IMG/VR virus record: IMGVR_UViG_3300046028_005878
Coordinates: 1-35,178 of that record
Length of the DNA stretch: 35,178 nt
Source: a virus
Lineage: Duplodnaviria; Caudoviricetes
Direction: 5' to 3' (one strand)
The notes under the pieces are model-generated. The model was not told the DNA's origin and did not search any database. It was given only the letters and a program-made list of their open reading frames with translations. The position numbers and the translations under genes are program-made. Positions 1 to 9,400 of this stretch are shown here, one piece after another (position 1 is the first letter of the stretch; each line of letters starts with the position of its first letter).

Positions 1-9
1 AGACCGCTG

Positions 10-594
10 ATGCAACAAGCGGCAGCACGTGCCAATCAAGCAGCCAATGGGCGTGGTTTGTTGAATAGCTCAATGGCAGTACAAGCCGGACAGGCGGCAG
101 TAATGGATCGCGCCATGCCGATAGCTCAGTACGATGCTGGTGTAAACACCAATGTATCTAACAACAACCAGGCTAATACGCAGCAAACTAATACGTTTAA
201 TGCTGGACAGACGCAAGATATTAATAAATACAATGCAACGACTAATACACAAACCAGCCAGTTTAATGCTGGTGAAGCCAATAAAGCTTCGATTGTAAAT
301 GCGTCAGAGACTAATAAGATTCTTGCGCAAATTATGGACCAAGATACACGTAAGCAGCTTTCAGATATTGAAGCGAGCTATAAAGTGTTGATGCAGTCAG
401 AAGCCAGTGCAATGACGATGTACCAGCAATCAGTGAAGAATATCAGTGAGATTTTAATGAACCCAGATTTAACGGCTGAGGCTAAAACAGCGGCGGTGGA
501 CAATCAGAATAAGTTGCTTAAAACGGGGATGAATATCATTGGCAAAATGAGTGGTCTGAATTTGGATGCGTTACTCACGTTCCCAACTGCATGA
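10..594 (+). CDS. putative virion ejection/DNA-transfer protein (probably 5'-truncated by the window)
   Basis: Q/N/A-rich helical protein with ~11-aa FNAG/YNA repeats; RGLLNSSMA motif seen in podophage internal virion proteins; frame open to window start. Confidence 0.55.
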   Translation: MQQAAARANQAANGRGLLNSSMAVQAGQAAVMDRAMPIAQYDAGVNTNVSNNNQANTQQTNTFNAGQTQDINKYNATTNTQTSQFNAGEANKASIVNASETNKILAQIMDQDTRKQLSDIEASYKVLMQSEASAMTMYQQSVKNISEILMNPDLTAEAKTAAVDNQNKLLKTGMNIIGKMSGLNLDALLTFPTA

Positions 595-959
595 GCGTTA
601 TTATCGAACACTTAATTAAGGATCATGGCTTCACACTGGAAGAGGCTAAGTTTAGTTTAATTGGATGGGAGATACGTCCAATGATGCGCGATGAGACTCA
701 GGTGGGTGAGATTATGATTCAGAACAATGAAATGCACTTTGCACTTGATAAGTCGTTTAGAAAGCGCATGGGGCGCGGTAAATATTTTAATCGGTTGCTG
801 GATGAGTTGCTCAAAGAAAAAGGTTTTATTGTGACCAAGCTTTGGGTAAACGACAAAATGACCAAGCTCATTGAGTTAATGGGATTTAAGAAAATAAGGA
901 CAGACGGGGAGTTTAATTACTTCTGGCTAGACGAGGAAACAAGACATGCTCGCAATTAA
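591..959 (+). CDS. GNAT-like (acetyltransferase-fold) phage protein
   Basis: ATGA-coupled; EMHFALDKSFRKR...LIELMGFKK pattern resembles GNAT; such genes often lie among podophage tail/ejection genes. Confidence 0.5.
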   Translation: MSVIIEHLIKDHGFTLEEAKFSLIGWEIRPMMRDETQVGEIMIQNNEMHFALDKSFRKRMGRGKYFNRLLDELLKEKGFIVTKLWVNDKMTKLIELMGFKKIRTDGEFNYFWLDEETRHARN

Positions 960-1956
960 AAAACCAAGTGTCACATTTCTGCCCATTGCGACTTCTAAGC
1001 GCATATCAGGATATATTGACGTTCCATACGGATCACACTATACAAACGCTAAATTCCAGCCTAAACGCGGCCCTGCAATTGCTGTTTTTGCGGCGGCAGG
1101 CACTATCGGTGCGGGCGTTTCGCTTGGAATTGGTACATTTGCTGGCGCAATGATGGTTGCTGGTGGTGTTGCTTCTGCGCTTGGTGCAATTACAGGTAAT
1201 AAATTTCTTTCTACATTTGGCACAGTCGCTAGCTTAGCTGGTGGTGTGACAGGTGCATTTTCAGCGGCAGAAGGCGGTTTATTTAATTACAACCCATTTA
1301 CAGAAGGTTTAGGTGGTAGTCAATTAGGCGCCGCGGCTGGTAAAGCTAAAAGTTTTTTTAGTGATGTTTTTGGGTCAGGTTCATCTGAGGCGGTAGATGC
1401 AATGGGCGTATCAGGTGATGCAATGGTTGCCAACGTGGTAGATGATGCAGTACCTAGTATAACTGCGGAATCGTTTGCTAAAGATGCAGCAGGTAGTTTT
1501 GGCGGTGGTACCTCAATGGGGGTAGATTTAGCTTCTAATGCAGGCAGCTTCGTGGCAAAGACCGCGCCTAAAGGCGGCATGTTTGCTGAACTATTAGGCA
1601 ATAAAGATGTAATGAATGCTGTGGGTGGCGCAGCAGATGCATACGGCGATTATGCAGACCGTGAGCAAAACCAACCATTAATTGATGCCAACGTAGATTT
1701 ACGCAATGCGCAAACTGGTCAAGTTAATTATGAAACACAACTTGCACAGAACCGTTACAACAATATGCAATCACAACCTAATGTAGATATTGGTGTGAAT
1801 CAAAATGCACAAGTCTATGGTGCAAATCCAGTACAGGGATCACCGCGCATAGCGGTGGCTATGAATGGTGAAGTAAAGTATATGACCACGGATGAATACG
1901 CAGCATATAAATCACAGCAAAGCGGTGGCGGCTTACTACAACAAGGGGCAGCATAA
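946..1956 (+). CDS. putative ejection/pilot protein with Gly/Ala-rich hydrophobic N-terminal segments
   Basis: GAGGA RBS at ~933; GA-rich membrane-like helices; position in virion module. Confidence 0.6.
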   Translation: MLAIKKPSVTFLPIATSKRISGYIDVPYGSHYTNAKFQPKRGPAIAVFAAAGTIGAGVSLGIGTFAGAMMVAGGVASALGAITGNKFLSTFGTVASLAGGVTGAFSAAEGGLFNYNPFTEGLGGSQLGAAAGKAKSFFSDVFGSGSSEAVDAMGVSGDAMVANVVDDAVPSITAESFAKDAAGSFGGGTSMGVDLASNAGSFVAKTAPKGGMFAELLGNKDVMNAVGGAADAYGDYADREQNQPLIDANVDLRNAQTGQVNYETQLAQNRYNNMQSQPNVDIGVNQNAQVYGANPVQGSPRIAVAMNGEVKYMTTDEYAAYKSQQSGGGLLQQGAA

Positions 1957-2402
1957 TGGCAGAATTTAACGGCACGCCACAAGAGATTGGCGAACAGATA
2001 GCAAAAGCAGTACCACCAGAAATGCAAGAAGCGTTTGCGCGAGTAGTCAAAGCTGGCATGAAAGTGATGTTCTCGGAAGAGACGCATGACATGATGATGG
2101 AGCAACTTGCCGCCGATGGTGATATGGAGCAAGTGCTAGGCGAAGGCATTGCTGGCTTAATGTTGCTGCTATTTCAAAAAAGCAATAAAACCATGCCGCC
2201 TGAGGTTCTAGTGCCTGCTGGTATTTATTTACTTTCAGAAGCGGCCGACTTTACTGAAAAAATTATGCAGGACAAAGTACCGCCAGATGTAATGGCTGGT
2301 GCTATTCAAGTGATGACGGGCATTATCTTTGAAAAAATGGGTGTGCCTAAAGACAAGCTTGATGCAGCAATGCAAAAAGCTGAGCAAGGCGGTTATCAAT
2401 AA
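1956..2402 (+). CDS. hypothetical virion-module protein
   Basis: TAATG coupling at both ends; protein-like composition. Confidence 0.65.
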   Translation: MAEFNGTPQEIGEQIAKAVPPEMQEAFARVVKAGMKVMFSEETHDMMMEQLAADGDMEQVLGEGIAGLMLLLFQKSNKTMPPEVLVPAGIYLLSEAADFTEKIMQDKVPPDVMAGAIQVMTGIIFEKMGVPKDKLDAAMQKAEQGGYQ

Positions 2403-3337
2403 TGGCTGGTTTATTGGGAAGCGTGTTAGCTGGTGCGGCTGGTAAGGTCGCTGATGGTCGTGTTAAACAGATTGAGCGCCAAGAAGCCTTTAATATGGAA
2501 AACGCTTTGCTGGATGCGCGTATGGATAAAGAAGTTCGTCTAAAGCAAATGGGCTATGAAATGGACGATGCCCGCACTGCTAAACAACAAGAAAAACGTG
2601 CTGGATATTTTAATGAAGTGGAAGATACCACTAAAACACCAGAATCAGTGATGAACAAATACACTGATGCAAACGGTGTTGAGCAAGTTACTAAAGCAGG
2701 TGGTGAATCCGTTACTACTAAACGCGCGGCCACGATGGAAGATGCTACAGCGCGTGCTATTAAAGCTGGTGATTTAGAAACGGCAGAAGGCCTGCTGAAA
2801 ATGTCACCGAAGAAAGACAAGTCATTTGATAGCATTAAGCTTGATGATGGCTCAGTGATGGCGTTTGATAAATCCAATGGCACTGGCAAGATTATTAGCA
2901 AAGGCGGCGGCACGCTTGATGTACCTAAAAATGAAATTGATTTAGCTTGGCGTATGGCTGATGGCGACCCTAAAAAAGCTGCAGAGATATTAGTCAGTCA
3001 AAAAGCTAGAGTAAGTGCGGCAGGTCGCGCACCAGATAAGCTAGACAATGATGACTTATCTTATGCTGATTGGAAGAAAAAGCCTGCCAATAAAGACAAA
3101 GGCCGTGATGATTACACCAAAGAAAAATCATCATGGGGTAAGGAAAATGATTTAGGCATTCAAACTGTGACCGAAGAACCAGTGTTAAATCAATTAAACA
3201 AACCAATTATTGGTAAAGATGGTAAGCCAATGATGACCACCAAGACACAACGTAAAGAGCGCGTGCCAGAGAAAAAAGAAGCGCTTAAAACAGGCCTTGT
3301 TAAAAGCAAAGACGGCAATTATATCTATCAACGCTAA
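2402..3337 (+). CDS. putative ejection protein
   Basis: MAGLLGSVLAGAAG N-terminus then charged coiled-coil, typical of internal virion proteins; TAATG coupling. Confidence 0.6.
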   Translation: MAGLLGSVLAGAAGKVADGRVKQIERQEAFNMENALLDARMDKEVRLKQMGYEMDDARTAKQQEKRAGYFNEVEDTTKTPESVMNKYTDANGVEQVTKAGGESVTTKRAATMEDATARAIKAGDLETAEGLLKMSPKKDKSFDSIKLDDGSVMAFDKSNGTGKIISKGGGTLDVPKNEIDLAWRMADGDPKKAAEILVSQKARVSAAGRAPDKLDNDDLSYADWKKKPANKDKGRDDYTKEKSSWGKENDLGIQTVTEEPVLNQLNKPIIGKDGKPMMTTKTQRKERVPEKKEALKTGLVKSKDGNYIYQR

Positions 3338-3364
3338 TCAACTTTTTTCAAATGCATGACAGAT

Positions 3365-3396
3365 GGGATAGAGCAAAATGCTTTATCCCTTTTTTT
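3365..3396 (+). terminator. Rho-independent terminator/attenuator upstream of the giant gene
   Basis: GGGATAGAGCA-AAA-TGCTTTATCCC stem (one G:U pair) followed by T7. Confidence 0.75.
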
Positions 3397-3414
3397 ATTT
3401 CTAAGAGTTGAACA

Positions 3415-6400
3415 ATGCCAATCGTAGAATATCGCGGTAAGAAGATTACGCTACCAGATGACATGAGTGAGGCAGATATTAATAATGCCATGCCATCAAT
3501 TGCAGATCAGATTGATAGTGATTTTCTGGAAGTAGAGAAACCAAAAGAATCTAGTGCTGGATTTGTTGATAAAGCAAAAGGTTTTGCTAAAGATTTAGCG
3601 TTAAAACCATTCCGTGATGCACTTACCATTGCTCAAATGACTGACAACCGTTCAGTTACAGAAGGTTATGATGGTGCAGAATCCAAAGAAACTGGCTTTG
3701 ATAAAACGGCTGGAAGCCGCGTATTGAGAGAAGTTGCTACTAAGCCACAAAACACGCTTAACAAAGGTGCAAAAATTGTTGATGGCGCCGCTGGTATTGC
3801 TGAGGTCGGCCTCAGAAAAGGCTATGCTGGGCTTGGTAGAATAGAGGCGGGGGCATTGCAGCTTGCTGGTGATACGTTCGGTTCAGACACTTTAAAAAAC
3901 ACGGCTCAAGATCAACTTAAATACGCAAATGAATTAGAGAATGCAGCTGTATTGCGAGGTACAAAATCAAAGACTTTTGAACCTGATGCATTAATGCAAG
4001 ACGCACCTAGAGTAGCGACTAATGCTATCGGTTCAGTAATTACCAGCGCCCCAGCCATAGTAGGCGCAGCGCTTACAGGTGGTAGTGCTATCCCTGCTAT
4101 ATTTGGAACATCAGCACTAAGCGATTACGGTGCCAGTGGCGACGATTTAAATACTGCAGGTAAAGTAGCGCATGCAGTCGGTATGGGGGCAGCCGAAGCA
4201 ATAGGCGAGAAAATCGGCGGTACTGATAAGGTTGCAAAAGCCTTAGAAGAAGCGCTAGGTGGTAAACAAAATCTAATTAAATTAGGCGTAAGTCTTTTAA
4301 CTTCTGGCGCTAAAGAGATCCCGTCAGAAGAGGTCACAACTACCGCACAATTCCTGCTTGATAAAAACAAATACTTTGGCTTAAACCAGAATGCAACACT
4401 TGATGACTACATTGAACAAGTTATTGAAACTGCAAAAACAGCCGCTATGCAGGGCGCTGGTATGGCTGGTGCTGGTGGGGTTATTAAAGCTGCTCTTAAT
4501 GGCGGTCCTGGGAACAAAGAGCCAGAAGCAATAAACAACCAAGGCATTGAACGCATATTGGCTGCAAAGCTAATGGAAGATCAACAAAAATCCGCTGAAT
4601 CACAAGCCGCACTAGAAAATATCACACTGCCAGAAACCAGCGTAGATGAAGCTATTGAACTAGCCAAAATTGCTATTGACGCACCAATTGCCAAACCTAC
4701 AGGATTATTGGCCTCATTACCAATCAATGACCAGGCTATTAACGCTGCAGATATTCTAGGGGATGAACATGTCGTCAGTGCAAATGATGGGCTTGCCAGC
4801 GTGGTTGAGACTGCCGCTGAAGGCGCAAGCGATAACTTACAAGGAAGCTTGGGAGATATACTTAATAAGTCAGCAGGAGGGGTCAATAGTGGACCAGTAT
4901 ATAACCCTGCCGAAACACTTACACAAAGCAGCGGAAGCGGTTTGGATGATGGAATTGGAAGCCAGCCAGACAATGCATTAAGTGAGTTGTCATCACCTAA
5001 CGCGGAAATGCCTTCCAATAGAGTTTCCACTAACTCCGAGCCTTCTCCCAATTTCACTAAAGCTAAATCCTTGCTTAATAAGCTCGTTAGCGATGGACAA
5101 ATCCCACTTGAGTCCATCAGCGTTTCTGACTTTAAACGGAATACCTCTACGCTTGAGAGCGCTGTTAATGGTAGATTCGCTGAAGCCAATAATATTTCCG
5201 ATTTGGTAAGTAGTTTTACCATCAAGCAAAAGGGATTTGACAAGCTCAATATCCCAACTCAGGCTTCGGTGCTCTCTAATGTGATCGGCATGGCTGAGAA
5301 CGACAAGATTGGTGATGGCGTTGTTGGCCCTTCTCTCATCTTTATGATGGACAACCTCAGAGGTAAGCAATTTTCTTCCGAGGAACTTCTCCATAATAAC
5401 GCGGTGCTCTCTCATACGCTTTCCACTCTTGGTGACCCTGCGATACCCGTTGTCAAGATAGGCGGTTCTGTCAAAAACACTTCTACAATAAATACTGCAG
5501 AAAAGATTGGCTCTACCCTTGGAATGGGAGGGGCTGACGGCGTAATGCTTCCCGCAAGAGGTGCAAGTGACGTTGACAATATTTCTTCGGTTAAAAGCTT
5601 GTTGGCAGATGGGGGTGCAAAAGAATCTCTTGCTTTTAACTCTATTAAACCTACTAGCGGTGACAAAAAAATCAACGGAACAGGTGGTACAATTGACATT
5701 AGGCATGACGTTACTCCAAATAGTAATGTTGTGTTAGGGGGGGATGAAGCTACAACTTCATTCACCCCGACAATTTTACCATCAAAACCAGTAGATTTAA
5801 ACAAAGCTACATCATCTGAAAACGTCAAAACGGCAGAGGCCGCACCAATATTGGCTTCTGTATCACCTGTTGAATCTAACGGTTTAATAGAAGTTGCCAA
5901 AATCGGCGGTAAAAACTCTAAAGAATCTATCAGCGTTAAACAGTCTGGTGATAGATTGGCCGTATTGCATAATGGCGAACCGCTGATTGACTTTGATACC
6001 GAGCAAGATGTAACCGTGCCATTGAATGCCACTATTGACGATATTAAAAAGGCTGTGAAAGCTTCTGGTCAGTTTAATAAACAAATACTGTCATTCAACA
6101 AAGAGTATGCAGGCGTTAATCCAACAACAGCAAATACGGTTGATATTGTTAAGCCAATTGAAGCGCCTATTTCAAAACGCACTCAAATCAATGAAAAGTT
6201 TGAGCAGAACAAAGAAGTATTACGTGCATGGATGCCTGATATGGATTGGGCAACCATTGGTGGTCGTATCATCCGTGATGATGATAATCAAGTATCTGGC
6301 AGAACGACATGGGAGACTAAAGATTATGACTTGGACGCGATTCGTAAAGGTAGCGGATTGTCATTTCCTAGCATGCAGAAAGCCGTTCAAAAGGCGCTTG

Positions 6401-9400
6401 ATGGTAAACCATTAAGCAAGGTTGAAAACGCGGCGATTGATGCCATGATTGAGCTTGCTGAAACGATTAAAAATAGCAATCAAACTGAAGCTGAACTAGA
6501 CGACAATCCATTTTTAACCATTGAGGAAGAAGATGCATTAGCGCAGCTTGAAAGCGACATGAACTGGATGGCTTTACTTGAGCAATCCGCTTCTGACGAT
6601 AATATACTTGCATCCATCAGTAGCCAAGCGCAAAATTACCAAGATGCATTTAATAATGACATAGGAGAATATCTTGAACAAATTGCTGAATATGAGCGAC
6701 AAGAGCAAAGAAATGTTAGCGAAACTAACACCAGAGAGCCGCAAGAAAGTGCTGGACGCAATGAGCGTGCGCGTGAAAACGAAAGCAATACAGATACTGA
6801 AAGCCAAAAACAAAGCGAAACTAGCGGCGAGTCAGCTGCCAAAAAGCTAGATTTACTTGGTGATGACACCGCAGGGAAACAGGCTATTGCAACTGAATAC
6901 AAGCCAATTAAATATGCAGAAGCTGAAAGTTTTGTAGATGATAGTATTTCTAACGTTTATGGTGAAGACCATTTAGAAACTTACAAAGCGCAGAATGTTG
7001 AGAATGTTGAAAAAGTAGTAGATTTAGTTAAGTATGCTTTACCTGCCAGCAAAGCTAATGGTTACAACTTAACCTATGAGCCGTCAAGTGGTGGAAGTCA
7101 GTACCTAAAGTTTGAAAAAGCAGATGATAATTTTGAAGTCAGAATTGCAGATCATGCTGCTGGCTATAAGTTTGATGTAGAAAAAGATTTAGAGTACGAC
7201 GATACATTAGAACAGAAATACTGGGTTGATACTGTATTAATACCACATTTAAAAAATAGGAACGCCGCTAATGTTAGTGCTGATGGCGTGAATGTTAAAG
7301 CGAACTTTAACTCAGTAGCCAATTCTGACAAGTCAGACGCAAAAACTAGCGGCGAGGTAAGTAATTTAACACAACAAAAAAATAATGCAAGTGACCTCTT
7401 AGGGCAAGATACATCAAAACAGCAGGCTATTGCAGATGCCGAGCGTACCAAAGATGCTAAACGCAATTCTGGTACCGACAACCAAGATGCATTCACTTTA
7501 ACTGGCTCAAATAGCGAGGCAGATATTGCCGCCGCTGCTGGTGCTCAAGACCTATTTCGTGATGGCACGAAAAAGGTTGATAAACCAGCAGGAGTGACAA
7601 CTGCATCTTGGGTAATCAGAAATAAAGACACAGGCGAAGTCATACAAGAAACATTCCAAAAATCTGTAGCCGATAAAATAAATACGGATAAGTATGAAGC
7701 CGTGCCAGCTATGCAGCACTTGCAGGAAATGAACGACCCTGATAGTAAGGTTCGCAAATATGCAGAACGAGATAATCAAACTCAAGATGAAGTTGCAAAA
7801 GCGACTAAAGCACTAGATGCCGCTGGCGTTACTGGCACTGAAAAGCTCAATACTATTGCACAGGTAAGGCAAGGCAACTTAACGGCTGATGAGGTGGCGA
7901 GTGCGCATAAGAATAAGATTGATGATTTTGGGGAAAAAATTGGTGGCGCTAAGAAAGATACTTACACCAGAAAATTAGAGCAATCAAAAGAAGTTAATGT
8001 TGAATCAGAGCCATTAGCTAAATCATGGCCTGAACCAAACTATCAAGAGCTACTAGACAATGGAGCTGATTCATTTGTTGTAGGTTTCTTACGCGCTGTT
8101 CGTGAAGAAATACCAAGAAAACCGACTAAATCATATCGTGTTGCTGGATGGGTAAAAAATGTTACTAAGTTGCGTGATACTGCTTATGGATTATTAGATG
8201 GTTCAATTGATGCTGAAAAAGCAAAATCAGTATTGGCTTATGCTGCAAGCAACTCGCATAACATGGATGGCGTGCAAAGCCGTATTGAACTATATCAGCG
8301 TGTTGGTCATAGCAAATCACTAAAAGGGGTAAAAGTAAGTTTTGGTGAATATTCTATTCGTGATGGTATTGAATATAAGCCATCATTAAAATTATGGACT
8401 GTTGAAAAACAGCAAGATTCAACTGCATTTTCAAGCTGGCCTAAAGAGCTATCTACTGGAAAAACAAAACAAGAAGCGATTGATAACTTTGTTGCAAAAT
8501 ATGATTCACTAGATATTCAAGATGCGCCTAAGAGTAAAGATGTATCTTTTGATATTTACTCATACCCAAAAAATACAGGTAAAACAGGATTCTTTATCGG
8601 TAAGAAAGTAGGCCGTAATCATATTGATTTAGAAAACTTTGCTACAGTAAAAGAAGCTAGAGAATATAAACGAGATCATCATGCTGAACTTGTAGTAAAA
8701 CTTGAAAAGTTTAAAGAGATACCTAACGTTAGACGCGATACTAATAATCCTCGCGTTGGCGAAGATATGCGTAATGGTCAAGATGTTACACCAGAATTGT
8801 TTGCTAATACATTTGGTTTTAAAGGTGTTGAGTTTGGCAATTGGGTGGAAGGAAGTAAACGACAAAAAGACCTGAACGAATCGTTTGATGCTTTAATGGA
8901 TATGGCAGCAATTTTAGGTATTCCACCTAAATCAATCTCATTAAATGGTGAGCTAAGTTTGGCATTTGGTGCGCGTGGAAGTGGTGGTATAGACCCTGCA
9001 AAAGCGCATTATGAAGCTGATTATGTTGTTATTAACATGACTAAGAAAGATGGCGCAGGTTCTTTAGGCCATGAGTGGTGGCACTCGCTAGATAATTATT
9101 TCTCACGTTTGAGAAATAAAAAATCTGAGTTTATGACGGCACCAGTTTTAGACGTTTCTCTTGCTTCAAGAGGTTCTAACTATCATCATTCTGGCGCAGT
9201 TAGAAAAGAAATGATTGATGCTTTTGGTGAAGTTGTTAAAGCAATTAACATTTCTTCACTTAAAGCACGTTCTAATAAGCTAGACGCAAAACGCTCTAAA
9301 GAATATTGGTCAACTGGCCTTGAAATGTCTGCTAGGGCATTTGAAACATATCTTATTGCAAAGCTACAAGATAACAATGCTTCTAATGACTACTTAGCCA

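Noticed and set aside
4985-5800. Intein or group I intron explaining the HNH inside the giant gene
   Set aside because: The nuclease is on the opposite strand; the sense frame has no HN-[C/S/T] splice junction (only HNN) and I see no intron core. Splicing is not needed because the frame is open.
4581-6032. Long minus-strand ORFs 4581-5249 and 5412-6032
   Set aside because: Ser/Leu/Pro-rich shadow translations with no motif or RBS.
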